Part shown: one piece after another, positions 51,547-64,000 of the stretch
Layout of the letters: every line of letters starts with the position of its first letter
Position numbering within the stretch: position 1 is the first letter of the stretch
Origin: Leucoraja erinacea
Lineage: Eukaryota
Length of the DNA: 64,000 bases
Direction of reading: 5' to 3'
Assembly (NCBI RefSeq): GCF_028641065.1
Contig: NC_073379.1
Location: 82,708,001 to 82,772,000, forward strand
Made by a program: the position numbers and the translations under genes
Notes under the pieces: model-generated
The model's database searches: none
Seen by the model: the letters and a program-made list of their open reading frames with translations, nothing else
What the model was told of the DNA's origin: nothing

Positions 51547-51955
51547 CCGCTGCCTGTATCGCCTCCCACCACTGATGGCGCTGTCACTGCTGTACCGCCT
51601 CCCTCCACTGATGGCGCTGTCACTGCTGTATCGCCTCCCACCACTGATGGCGCTGTCACTGCTGTATCGCCTCCCACCACTGATGGCGCTGCCTGTATCA
51701 CCTCCCACCACTGATGGCGCTGTCACTGCTGTATCACTTCCCTCCACTGATGGCGCTGTCATTGCTGTATCACTTCCCTCCACTGATGGCGCTGTCACTG
51801 TCTGTATCACCTCCCACCACTGATGGCGCTGTCATTGCTGTACCACCTCCCAGCACCACAGAGGCGCTGTACCACCTCCCACCACCGACAACGCTCTCAC
51901 TGCCTGTAACGCCTCCCACCACTGATGGCGCTGTCGCTGCTTTATCACCTCCCAT
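51547..51955. repeat. Minisatellite, 36-bp unit, about 11 copies
   Basis: ctgtatcgcctcccaccactgatggcgctgtcactg in tandem. Confidence 0.95.
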
Positions 51956-51971
51956 CGCCTCTCCAATGGCA

Positions 51972-52353
51972 AGCTAGATAGACCAATCCTGCTAAATGCA
52001 ATGGGCTGACGTGTAGTACGCAGCGGAGCGGAACGTGGGCCTTTTTTTCATCCATTTCAGTAACCCGACTCGCAGTGTAATCAACGTTGCGGGAGAACAG
52101 TTGTTAATTCTGTTAAAAATTATATTTCTGTTATAAATTATAATTCTGAAAATGAGGAGAACATTTTTCCCAAATAACTTTGATTTTTACGAGGATGTTT
52201 CCGTAACCGGCTTCTGTCTCCGCAATATTATCCTATGGGATCTTTGGTGCGGCGACGGAAGCCGGTTACAGAAATGGGGCCTAAAATGACTCATGAATCT
52301 GCCCATGACCGTACTACGTCGAGTGATCTATCTTGCTTGCTATAGGATCTTTG
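51972..52353. mobile_element. MITE of the CAAAGATCCTATAG-TIR family (left end truncated)
   Basis: Right end gagtgatctatcttgcttgctataggatctttg; left remnant agatagaccaatc; internal inverted repeat cgtaaccggcttc/gaagccggttac. Confidence 0.7.
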
Positions 52354-52557
52354 GCTGTGACCGCCCACCACCGCAGACATTTATTTGCACCAACTCTTGC
52401 AGTTCGTGATCTCCTCTAGTCCCATTACATGAATTTGACGTGTTCAACCGAACCAGCGTTTTAAAGAGGCTTAAAATCTTTACTCTTAAAGTCCAACCGA
52501 CTGTTTACATATGGCAGAATTTATAATGTATTTAAATCACTTTGTCAACTTGTTTAG

Positions 52558-52792
52558 GAAAGAACTGCAGATGCAGGAAAATCGAAGGTAGACAAAAATG
52601 CTGGAGAAACTCAGCGGGTGAGGCAGCATCTATGGAGTGAAGGAAATAGGAGACGTTTCGGGTCGAGACCCTTCTTCAGACCAAAGATGCTATATTTGCT
52701 TCAGACTGATGGGGGGCGGGAAGAAGAAAGGAAGATGCGGAGACTGGGCTGTAGGAGAGCTGGAAAGGGGAGGGGGAAAAAAGGAGAAAGCA
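52558..52792 (-). mobile_element. Penelope end with an intact minimal HHR core (52652-52679) and a 17-bp footprint (52682-52698)
   Basis: CUGAAGAAGGGUCUCGACCCGAAACGUC on minus; CTTCAGAC-caaagatgctatatttg-CTTCAGAC. Confidence 0.8.
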
Positions 52793-53274
52793 ACTTGTTT
52801 ACTATTTGTCAACTTGTTTACAACTTTTGAGCATTTGTGTTTACTCCTTATAAGACAGGAAATATTTCACCACCTTGGGAGGTGGAAGGAGGTGATTAGG
52901 GCCAGGGTCACGGTCTGAAAACAGGATTGAAACATTGCAACTTGTAAAGGGTATTTAAGTTTGGATTGTCTTCTGAAAATGACCATTGATCCCAACTAAA
53001 TTACTAATGTTAAATCTAACATTTTAATAAATATTGACAAAATAAATGAAAGGATGTGGGGCAAACATAGAAAAATAGGTGCAGAAGTCGGCCATTCGGC
53101 CCTTCGAGCCAGTACCGCCATTCAATATGATCATGGCCGATCATTCAAAATCAGTACCCCGTTCCTGGTTTTTCCCATATCCCTTGATTCATTTAGTCCT
53201 AAGAGCTAAATCTAACTCTCTCTTGAAAACATCCAGTGAATTGGCCTCCAATGCCTTTTGTGGCAGAGAATTAC

Positions 53275-53667
53275 TTTTTTTATTTTTTTTAATTTTATTT
53301 TTATTAGAAGTACGGTAAATTACAATCCTACACAACACATATATCTTAATACATTTTTTGTACCGCTTCATTTTTTTGAGCTTTAAGAAAAAGGTAGAAG
53401 TAAGGAAAGTAAAGAAAGTGCAAGAGAGTCGTGCAGTGCAAGAGTGTTGGGAAAAGAAAGCCCCTTAGGAAAGAAGTTAGAGAAGGAAGTAAAGTGAGAA
53501 AATAGACCCTAGAAAAGAAAGAGAGAGAAAATAGAAACAATCGCTCTATTATAACATTAAACTCCGCAGAAAGGGGACTACCAACCAAGTCTGTTTTTGT
53601 TATTTTACCTCCCGTTACCAGGTCCTGATACCACTTATTTATATATTTGGTTTTTTTTTTAAATTAC
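53275..53667 (-). mobile_element. L1/Tx1-like 3' end flanked by a 228-bp direct duplication
   Basis: Minus strand ends AATAAA plus A-rich tail; 53047-53274 matches 53668-53895. Confidence 0.7.
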
Positions 53668-55964
53668 TGAAAGGATGTGGGGCAAACATAGAAAAATAGG
53701 TGCAGAAGTCGGCCATTCGGCCCTTCGAGCCAGTACCGCCATTCAATATGATCATGGCCGTTCATTCAAAATCAGTACCCCGTTCCTGGTTTTTCCCATA
53801 TCCCTTGATTCATTTAGCCCTAAGAGCTAAATCTAACTCTCTCTTGAAAACATCCAGTGAATTGGCCTCCAATGCCTTTTGTGGCAGAGAATTACACAGA
53901 TTAACAACTCTCTGGGTGAAGTTTTTCCTCATCTCAGTCCCAAATGGCCTACCCCTTATTCTTAAACTGTGACCCCTGGTTCACCCCCAACATCGGATTT
54001 TTCCCCCCCCTGCATCTTGCCTGTTCAATCCCCAAAGAATTTTACATGTTTCTATATCCAGAAAATATCAAGAATTTGGTCAAAGATCAACCAATATGAA
54101 GGGTCACAACAGTCGCTGGCTCCGTAGATGCTGCCTCACCCGCTGAGTTCTTCCAGCAATTTGTTTTAAGCAAAGACGCGGTGTAGATTTGTGTAGAGTC
54201 CAAGCTGAGACAAACCACAGGAAAAGCATCAGAAATGAGGAAGAACCCGTCCCATGGATTTTGGCACTCAAAGGTAAATAGCCCGAGTCATCGAGAGACT
54301 AAAGCTAAAACTCAAGTTCTCATCTATCTGGATAAAACCCAAGAAGCCACTCGACACCAACGTATCTCTTGGGGTGTGTTTCAATGCATTGGGTCTACTC
54401 CATTGAACCACAACCTTTGGTACTACCTCAGTAATATTACTTCCTGAACTGACTGAGCTGTTCCTTTTGTATAATAAACTCAGACCAAAATAATCAAATG
54501 ATCCCAAGTTCAGCAGGAGGAAATATTGGGAAAACCTAATTCTGCTAGGGTTGAGAGGAATCTGAAGGCAGTTGATGCATGCCGCATGAAGGGAATATAT
54601 CACCTGCACTTGCTCTGACCAACATGTTGTTCCAGGTCAACTTTACTCAACTTAGTGCCTACGATCAAGAAAGCCATTTACTTATTACTTCAGAAGGGGC
54701 TTCTGTCATGTTAGCTGTTTATGTTGTTCCTCCAGTCAACTCTGCAGCCTTGTACCAGCCGGGTGAACGAATTCATTGACTGCAGCCGGCAGCAGCTGCA
54801 GGGAGAGGCCGCGGCTGAGGACTGGGAACGCGGCCGGAGCGGGCACTGCGGTCTCGATGCCCGGGTCGGGGCCTCGCTGGTAGGTCCGGGTCAGGTGGCG
54901 TGGCCGACCGAGCCCGCGGCTGGGGAGGCGTGAAGTGGGGCGTCGACAGCGGTGAGGCCTCGGTGGCGGCAAAGCTTCGCTAGTCGACCTGTGGTCAATG
55001 GTCAATGGGAGCGCGGAGACCCACAGTGTTGGGAGAACGAAGGGCCCAGCGTGGGGGAACTGTAAGGGGGGTGGGGACAAAAGAAGGAGCCGTGTAGGTG
55101 GCCGCTATTTGTATACATTGTGTTTTCACTGCGCCTAGTCACATGTGACAATGAAGTATTCCTATCCCTACACTGGGCCAAGCCCAACCCTGCTTTATTA
55201 ATTCAGTACTGCACGATACCGAGCCTAAAGGAGACAAATTTAAAAAGGCCCTTACCTTAGGCCTTTGCCTAGGCCAAGGTCAGATTTTTCAGAGACTTGA
55301 ATGTTGCAAGATAGCACCGGAATGTGGCGACTGGTTATGTGCTGTCCCAGACGGGGGTCTACGTACAGTAGTCTCACTTGTTTAACTTGTGTATCCCCTT
55401 TCATTCTCCCCACCATCGCCGCCTTCAGCTGCTAAGGCCACAAGGTCAAGACTTCTTCTAATTCGAATTTCTAAAAATAAAAACAGAAACTATTGATGTC
55501 CAGCCTAAGTTTCTCTTTCCACAGATGCTGCCTCACCTGCCGAATATTTTCCCCATTTTCTCTTTTATTTGAGATGTCCCGTTCTTGGTTCTCTCAATGT
55601 TTGATTTAACATGCCCTTTGCAACATAAACCTGATTTAAGGTGGCAGTTTCTTTAGATCGAATTCCTGTTGTGCATTTTAATGAAGGTATATATACGAAT
55701 TGATTAATGCTGTAGTGAAGAAAATATATACAACAGTGCCAAATCAATGATAATAATAATACATTTAATTTTTATAGCGCTTTTCTAAGACTCAAAGTCT
55801 TGCATGGTTTGAGTCAATGAAACACAGAGGATTATTTGATAATAAATCCAGCGTGCATTAATTAAACTGCCGAGTACAGAGGGAAGGTGCACATTATGGC
55901 GCTGCAGTATTTAATTTCCATTGGAAGTTTCCTCATCCAACTTCTGGCTGCGTTTCGTGTGCCA

Positions 55965-55996
55965 GTGGGAGGGCGGTACTCGCTTTTACCAATCAG
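55965..55996 (+). promoter_or_regulatory. ALDH7A1 proximal promoter: GC box and CCAAT box
   Basis: GGGAGGGCGG at 55967-55976; CCAAT at 55989-55993. Confidence 0.5.
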
Positions 55997-56068
55997 AATG
56001 ATAGGCGTGGGCTTTTGGCTTCCCGATTGTGCGAGTGTTTTCACGTTTGACTTGCGTTTCGCATAACG

Positions 56069-56254
56069 ATGCAGCGAGTGACGCTCTCCTTGGCCTGGCC
56101 TCTGCTCCGGAGAAAGGCTTTCTGGGGCTGGAGACCATCTGCGGCCATGTCTAGCCTTCTCATTCAGCAGCCCAAATACAGCTGGCTGAAAGAGTTGGGG
56201 CTGAAGGAAGACAACCCCGGCGTGTTCAACGGGAGCTGGGGAGGGAGTGGAGAG
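56069..56254 (+). CDS. ALDH7A1: ALDH7A1 (antiquitin) exon 1
   Basis: Arg-rich leader, then [36 protein letters not shown]; gag|gtaagc donor. Confidence 0.96.
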
Positions 56255-57173
56255 GTAAGCGGGGCAGGCTGTACGCGCTGCAACATGTCCAGCGGGTTGG
56301 TGCAGTTATTATTAGAAAGACCTCCCGACCAGCTCATTTAGAAATACTTTTCCAATTCTGACTTGCACAGCTTTCCCCGAAACTTTAATAATGTTGTGAT
56401 ATGTGTACCCCTCAGTCTTCAGCAAAAAAATCCCACGGGAAGAATTGAAACCGGATAAATATCGCGCGAAATGGAAATATTATTGTTAAATATAAAGGTC
56501 AATTAGTTAGGTTATTGCCCCTTTTTGCGTGTTAAAATTGCAAACTCTTGTTTCGGATGACACAAATGGAGACTCACACAAATCCCTGAAAGTCCAAGCG
56601 CAAGTAAAGTTAGTAGTATTTGGGGCTTAGAAGAAGGAATTAAGTCGACACCAACATGGGTGGAATTACAATGAGGATGGTTGTCAAATTATACAACAGG
56701 ATATGGATCAACTACAGAATATGGTGGGGAAATGGCAGATGGAATTTAATTTGAGCTAATATGAAGTGTTGCACTTTGGGAGGTTGAATATAAGGGGAAA
56801 ATATATAATTAATAGTACGACCCTTAAGCCCATTGATATACAGGGGGTTATTTAAGAACAAGTCCACAGCACCCTGAAAGTGGCAACACGAGTAGATAGA
56901 GCGGTAAAGAGGCATATGGTATGCTTACTTTTATCGATCAGGGCATTGTATAAGAGAAGGCATGTGCTTTATAGGTCTCTGGAAGTCCTGATGGGACTTG
57001 TTTGTAGACCCCTCTGCTGTCCAGAAGCTGCACCAAAGAGCAAAGTCTTGTGGCAAACATCTAGAGATAAGTATCTAAATGTGACCAGTTGACCTACAGA
57101 ACAATCAAGCAGTAGACTGACTAAGTCACACTTGGATAATTAGAGGCTTGGTGGGGGAGTTGTCCTTGGGGTC

Positions 57174-58985
57174 ATAGAAACATAGAAAATAGGTGCAGGA
57201 GTAGGCCATTCAGCCCTTCGAGCTTGCACCGCCATTCGATATGATCATGGCTGATCATCCAACTCAGTATCCCATCCCTGTCTTCTCTCCATACCCCCTG
57301 ATCCCTTTAGCCACAAGGGCCACATCTAACTCCGTCTTAAATATAGCCAATGAACTGGCCTCAACTACCTTCTGTGGCAGAGAATTCCACAGATTCACCA
57401 CTCTCTGTGTAAAAAATGGTTTTCTCATCTCGGTCCTAAAAGATTTCCCTCTTATCCTTAAACTGTGACCCCTAGTTCTGGACTTTACCAACATCGGGAA
57501 TAATCTTCCTGCATCTAGCCTGTCCAACCCCTTAAGAATTTTGTAAGTTTTTATAAGATCCCCCCTCAATCTTCTAAATTCTAGCGTGTACAAGCCGAGT
57601 CTATCCAGTCTTTCTTTATATGAAAGTCCTGCCATCCCAGGAATCAGTCTGGTGAACCTTCTCTGTATTCTATGGCAAGAATGTCTTTCCTCAGATTAGG
57701 AGACCAAAACTGTATGCAATACTCCAGGTGTGGTCTCACCAAGACCCTGTACAACTGCAGTAGAACCTCCCTGCTCTTATACTCAAATCCTTTTGCTATG
57801 AATACTAACATACCATTTGCTTTCTTCACTGCCTGCTGCACCTGCATTCCTACTTTCAATGACTGGTGTACCATGACACCCAGGTCTCGTTGCATCTCCC
57901 CTTTTCCTAATCAGCCACCATTCAGATAATAGTCTACTTTTCTGTTTTTGCCACCAAAGTGGATAACCTCACATTTATCCACATTATACTGCATCTGCCA
58001 TGCATCTGCCCGCTCACCCAACCTATCCAAGTCACCTTGCAGCCTCCTAGCATCCTCCTCACAGCTAACACTGCCCCCCAGCTTCGTGTCATCTGCAAAC
58101 TTGGAGATGTTGCATTCAATTCCCTCATCCAGATCATTAATATATATTGTAAATAGCTGGGGTCCGAGCACTGAGCCTTGAGGTACCCCACTAGTCACTA
58201 CCTGCCATTCTGAAAAGGACCCATTTACTCCTACTCTTTGCTTCCTGTCTGCCAGCCAGTTCTCTATCCACATCAATACTGAACCCCGAATACCGTGTGT
58301 TTGTATACTAATCTCTTAGGTGGGACCTTGTCGAAAGTCTTCTGAAACTCCAGATATAACACATCCACTGGTTCTCCCTTATCCACTCTACTAGTTACAT
58401 CCTCGAAAAATTCTATAAGATTCGTCAGACATGATTTACCTTTCATAAATCCATGCTGACTTTGTCCAATGAATTCACCACTTTCCAATTGTGCTGCTAT
58501 CCCATCTTTAATAACTGACTCCAGAATTTTCCCCACCACCGATGTTAGACTAACGTCTGTAATTCCCCGTTTTCTCTCTCTCTCCCTTTTTAAAAAGTGG
58601 GGTTACATTAGCTACCCTCCAATCCTCAGGAACTACTCCAGAATCTAAAGAGTTTTGAAAAATTATCACTAGTGCATCCACTATTTCTGCGGCTACTTCC
58701 TTAAGTACTCTGGGATGCAACTTATTTGGCCCTGGAGATTTATCGGCCTTTAATCCATTCAATTTACCTAACACCACTTCCCTGCTAACCTGGATTTCAC
58801 TCAGTTCCTCCATCTCATTTAACCCCCGATCCCTTGTTATTTCAGGCAGATTATTTATGTCTTCCTTAGTGAAGACAGAACCAAAGTAGTTATTCAATTG
58901 GTCTGCCATGTCCTTGTTCCCCATGATCAATTCGTCTGTTTCTGACTGCAAGGGACATACATTTGTTTTAACTAATCTTTTCCTC
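57174..58985 (-). mobile_element. 5'-truncated CR1 in ALDH7A1 intron 1
   Basis: ORFs 57264..58990 on minus with RT motifs. Confidence 0.92.
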
Positions 58986-60396
58986 CTCAATATCGACTAC
59001 AAGCCCTCTGAAGATTTGTGGCTTAGGGAGAAATTGGGTAAAGAAACGTCCTCCGATTACCACCTACGACACTCATTCTGCTCCTCTGCGCTGAGGAGGG
59101 GGAAGGGGAGGCAAGAGGGGGTGGGAGAACACTGAACACCGCCACTTGCACGTTCCTCACCAAAACATGCACCACCCATATTTGCTGGTGCATTGCAGGT
59201 CTTTAATTGCTGTGAGTCTACATATGGTGCCATTGTACGAGTACCTTCCAGAAGAAGTGCAGCAGTTCAAGAAGAACCACATTCACAAATGCAAGTGGGA
59301 ATGGACCGTAAATGTTGGATTTGCCAGTGATGGCCAGATTATGAAAAGTTAATGAATAAATTAACCTCATCCATTGCTTTAAACATCTATTGGCATTTAG
59401 TCACCGTTCTCTGGCTGTATAATCACCCATGTAGAGTCCAATTATGTGTTTTACCTTGCTTCTAAGCTTTTTGGCCTCTGTTCAATCATGCTCCTGACAA
59501 ATTAACTTGATTTTTCAATCAAACTCACCGATGGAACTCTCCATGAAGATGTTAAGCCCACTCATCCTCAAAGTTTAACTCGTCCCTTTTGATTAGCTGC
59601 TTGTAGCCCCAAACCTGGTGCTAATACCGAGAACACCTGTGACCATTGCTCCTGTGCCGAGTTTCAAGCCATACCATGATTCTCCTTTTTGCCATCATTC
59701 TAACAGTCATCAGTTGGTGACACGGGGAATAATGAAAAAAGTCCTATTTTTAAATTTGCTCCTCCAATCCTGAAAGTTGATCACAGTTTCCAGCTCACTC
59801 CTTCCTCCTTACAATATATCCTGCACACTCCTTTACCTGACACTGTAGAGGTCACGCTGAAATCTAGACATTTCGGATTGTTATAGAAATGGTCTTAATC
59901 TCCCTAACTGTTTGTCTGAAAACAACAGTATTTCCGTGGTTTGTGCAGTCTCATTCAACAGTATTTCTTGTCTGTGCAGTCTGATCTGTTGGTGGAATGT
60001 TTTGGATGGCGTTCCTTCAAAATGTGAGCACCGGTTTTGCATAACACGCTCCCCAGTAGACTCTTGCACATCTTGCCACTTGCACCTATCTATCTGTCTG
60101 TCTAAATCCTTTCCCTCCATTTGCCTGTCTGCCTGTCTATTTTCTGCCTGTTTGCATTTCAGTTCCCTACTTGTCTTTTACCCTGGTCTTTTCCAAAAGT
60201 GTCATAGTTCACACTTTCAGCGCCATCAAAATATAGCTGAAAGCCTGTGCCTATGCTCTTTCATTATTTTTGGGCCTATTTCTCACTGAAATTCGTTGCT
60301 ACGAGTAGTATGTTAAATATGTTATCTATTTGGATGTTGCTAACTATCCAAAACCAATGTTGAGTGATGAAATGACTCTGTTCTACTTTACCTTAG

Positions 60397-60450
60397 GTAG
60401 TCACTTCCTATTGTCCAGCAAACAATGAACCAATAGCCAGAGTAAGACAG
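60397..60450 (+). CDS. ALDH7A1: ALDH7A1 exon 2
   Basis: VVTSYCPANNEPIARVRQ, 54 nt, ag/gt. Confidence 0.96.
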
Positions 60451-60561
60451 GTGATTATCTTTTATATATTCCTCCTCGAAATTTGTTAAAATGTTCAGGT
60501 GCATTTGTTGGATCCTGCTGACATCAGTAATTTTTTGGCATTGATATATGTTATATTCCAG

Positions 60562-60627
60562 GCCACTTTGAAAGAATATGAAGAAACGGTACAAAAGGCC
60601 AAAGAAGCGTGGGATGCATGGGCTGAC
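60562..60627 (+). CDS. ALDH7A1: ALDH7A1 exon 3
   Basis: ATLKEYEETVQKAKEAWDAWAD, 66 nt, ag/gt. Confidence 0.96.
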
Positions 60628-61369
60628 GTAAGTGTCGTAAACCAGTACTTAAAATAGGTTGTTTAGTTTATTGTCATGTGTACCAAGGTACAGTGAAAAG
60701 CTTTTGTTGCTGGGCTGGGAATAACTTTACAGTGTCCAACAGTGCTCACCATTCAGTGGACAGACAATACATGATTACAATCAAGATGCTTAACATGAAG
60801 TAGAAACAAGTGCCCATGACCTGCTTCTGCTGGTCCTCGTCAGCATTGTTTACCTGTCCCATTGTGAATGTCCTAGGAATGAACATCCACCATATGCTTT
60901 ATGATGCAACTTCCAGGTGTGATTATTCTTCAATATAATACTGAGCTGCATCCTACATTCAATCTTAATTTGACGAGAACTCCATTTGCCTGCACTTTTG
61001 TTTTGTATTGGAACTATCCTTCCTTCATCAAATTATGATCCACTTTATGCAGCATTTAAAGCTTGTCTTTGTTTATAAGTACATTCACAGCTGCATTCTT
61101 TATTCATATTTTACTCCTGCTCAGCAAACTAATCATCAAATAAAACAATATGTACAACAATATGAAGCCAAGAAACAAAGTTGGCACTGTAAATTTATTC
61201 ACAGGCCAGTGCGGGGGCACCGTGCAGTTGGGTATGGCTGCCCAGCCTGCAGCTGTCTGTCTTTTCACTTCTTTCTTTTATTGTTAGTGTGTTAAAAAGT
61301 GTTTTGTTTGGAGGTCTATTCTTTTTTTATGTGGTGGTGGTGGGGGGATGGGGGGGGATTCAGCACACA

Positions 61370-61895
61370 GAACATAGTAGGCATTTACTACAAAACGGAT
61401 CAGTGTGTCCATATACCATCATATAAATATATACACACATGAATAAATAAACTGATCAAGTGCAAATAACAGATAATGGGTTATTAATAATCAGAGTTTT
61501 GTCCGAGCCAGGTTTAATAGCCTGATGGCTGTGGGGAAGTAGCTATTCCTAAACCTGGTTGTTGCAGTCTTCAGGCTCCTGTACCTTCTACCTGAAAGGT
61601 AGCAGGGAGATGAGTGTGTGGCCAGGATGGTGTGGGTCTTTGATGATATTGCCAGCCTTTTTGAGGCAGCGACTGCGATAAATCCCCTCGATGATGGACT
61701 GGGCAGTGTTTACTACTTTTTGTAGTCTTTTCCTCTCCAGGGCGCTCAAGTTGCCGAACCAAGCCACGATGCAACGGGTCAGCATGCTCTCTTCTGTGCA
61801 CCTGTAGAAGTTAGAGAGAGTCCTCCTTGACAAACCGACTCTCCATAATCTTCTCAGGAAGCAGAGGCGCTGATGAGCTTTCTTGATAATTGCAT
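61370..61895 (-). mobile_element. Rex1/Babar 3' fragment
   Basis: FYRCT.ES.LT.CI.AWFGN...KDPHHPGH. Confidence 0.8.
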
Positions 61896-62621
61896 AGCTT
61901 TAAGGTGAGGGTGGCAAAGTTTATCATCTGCAGGTGATTTTACTACACAGAGGGGCTGGAATGTGCGGCCAGAGCTGGTGGTGGAGACAGATAGTGGCAT
62001 TTAAGTGACTTTTAGGTAGTTGGATGGATATGCAAGGAATGGAGGGATGTGGAATATTGTATGTGCAGGCAGATAAGACTTGGTCTAGGCATCATGACTG
62101 GCACAGACATCGTAGGTGATTGCACCTGTCTGAAGAAGGGTCTCGACCCGACACATCACCTAACCATAGTCTCCAGAGATACTACCTGACCTGCTGAGTT
62201 GCTCCAGCACTCTGTCCTTTTGTGTATCAACCAACACGTGGAGTTCTTTGTTTCTACTGTTCCTTTTCTGTACTGTTCTATGTTCTGTGAATAGCAATAA
62301 ATCAAAACGGAGGGAAAAAAAACATTGGCTCCAATTCGTTTGGGTTGGTCCAAATAAACATTTCACACACACAATCAATCATTATGCTTAAACATTTTTT
62401 TTTTTAATAGTACTTTAAATATTACCGGGAAGATGACCAGACATAGTTCAAGTAAGGCTGACTACAGTATCTGTCCTTCATCAGATTATACGTGTAGTTA
62501 CTGTTCTAACTGATATTTTGTTTCAATGTTTTTAAAAGGTTATAAAAAATAATTCAGCGTTTTTCAGAGAGCCGATCATTTAATATGTTGAAATGCAGAC
62601 TCGGGCGACCAAAATACAATT

Positions 62622-63511
62622 TACAATAGACAATAGGTGCAGGAGTAGCCATTTGGCCCTTCGAGCTAGCACCGCCATTCAATGTGATCATGGCTGATCA
62701 TCCCCAATCAGTACCCCGTTCCTGCCTTCTCCCCATATTCCCTAACTCTGCTATTTTTAAGAGCCCTATCTAGCTCTCGAAAGCATCCAGAGAACCCGTC
62801 TCCACTGCCCTCTGAGGCAGAGAATTCCACACTCACCACTCTCTGTGAGAAAAAGTGTTTCCTCGTCTCCGTTCTAAATGGCTTACTCCTTATTGTTAAA
62901 CTGTGGCCTTTGGTTCTGGACTCCCCCAACATCGGGAACATGTTTCCTGCCTCTAGCGAGTCCAAGCCCTTAACAATCTTATATGTTTCAATAAGATACC
63001 CTCTCATCCTTCTAAACACCAGAGTGTACAAGCCCAGCTGCTCCATTCTCTCAACATATGACAGTCCCGCCATCCCGGGAATTAACCTTGTAAACCTACT
63101 CTGCACTCCCTCAATAGCAAGAATGTCCTTCCTCAAATTAGGGGACCAAAATTGCACACAATACTCCAGGTGTGGTCTCACTAGGGCTTTGTACAATTTT
63201 GCTCCTATATTCGATTTCTCTTGTTATAAAGGCCAACATGCCATTCACTTTCTTCACTGCCTGCTGCACCTGCATACTTACTTTCATAGGCTGATGTACA
63301 AGGACCCCCAGATCCCGTTGTACTTTTCCCAACTTGACGCCATTTAGATAGTAATCTGCCTTCCTGTTTTTGCTACCAAAGTGGATAACCTCACATTTAT
63401 CCACATTAAACTTCATCTGCCACGCATCTGCCCACTACCCCAACCTGTCCAAGTCACCCTGCATTCCCATAGCATCCTCCTCACAGTTCACGCTGCCACC
63501 CAGCTTTGTGT
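62622..63511 (-). mobile_element. CR1 3' part in ALDH7A1 intron 3
   Basis: ORFs 62708..63196 and 63138..63416. Confidence 0.92.
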
Positions 63512-63536
63512 AATTTTACGTTTTGATATTGTACAG

Positions 63537-63617
63537 ATTCCAGCACCAAAAAGAGGAGAAATAGTGCGACAAATTGGTGATGCTCTCAGAAAGAAACTTA
63601 AAGTCCTGGGCAACCTG
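63537..63617 (+). CDS. ALDH7A1: ALDH7A1 exon 4 (gene continues beyond the window)
   Basis: [27 protein letters not shown], 81 nt, cag/gtaggt. Confidence 0.96.
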
Positions 63618-63902
63618 GTAGGTGAAATTTGATAAATCATTGTATGTTTTCTCTTTAGAAAAATATAAATTGTAGGCGAATATTTCACCATTTTAAGTTG
63701 ATTTTATTAATAGCCTTGATAGTATTGTTTTGCAATGTCATCTTGGCGACATCAGCAGGAACAAGCAAGTAAAATGAAGTATAAAAACCTAACATATTCA
63801 ACAATCACCCAATAGCTGACAATGGTAAAGCAGATGAGACAATAGAATAGTCCCAAATTACTTTAATAGAAGGGGGGGGGGGGGAGAAAGACAAAATATA
63901 GT

Positions 63903-64000
63903 AGAAACATAGAAAAATAGGTGCAGGAGTAGGCCATTCGGCCCTTTGAGCCTGCACCGCCATTCAATATGATTATGGCTGATCATCCAACTCAGTATCC
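63903..64000 (-). mobile_element. CR1 3' end
   Basis: Reverse complement of the CR1 3' UTR and tail. Confidence 0.85.

Noticed and set aside
51273-51701. N-terminally extended PHAX from the 142-aa ORF
   Set aside because: Starts at GTG within the minisatellite; the ATG at 51458 matches the conserved PHAX start
51547-51955. CRISPR-like appearance of the 36-bp repeats
   Set aside because: No unique spacers, eukaryotic context and no cas genes
54078-54090. CAAAGATC word as a fourth footprint
   Set aside because: No opposite TIR tip or TSD

Overview
Vertebrate genomic DNA, most likely a cartilaginous fish such as a skate (inferred from the CR1/Penelope/Rex1 repeat landscape). Three host genes lie in the same order as in mammals: TEX43/SPMIP10 (minus strand, two clear coding exons), PHAX (minus, five coding exons, about 415 aa) and, head-to-head with PHAX, the first four coding exons of ALDH7A1 (plus). 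Most remaining sequence is nested transposons: CR1, Penelope-like, Rex1/Babar, a HERO-type RLE LINE, hAT, Helitrons, MITEs and SINEs. The most notable observation is in the 3' UTR of the HERO-type element (30924-30997). It holds the components of a hammerhead ribozyme core in a non-canonical, doubly pseudoknotted strand order, with a consensus kink-turn in helix III; one core base (C3) is U in this copy. Other observations: three 17-24 bp P-element-like excision footprints with 8-bp TSDs, one of which anchors two inverted duplications; a 170-bp near-perfect inverted repeat bracketing PHAX exons 3-4; minimal hammerheads at Penelope ends; and a 228-bp direct duplication around an L1-like tail. 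All calls were made by eye, without searches or folding software.
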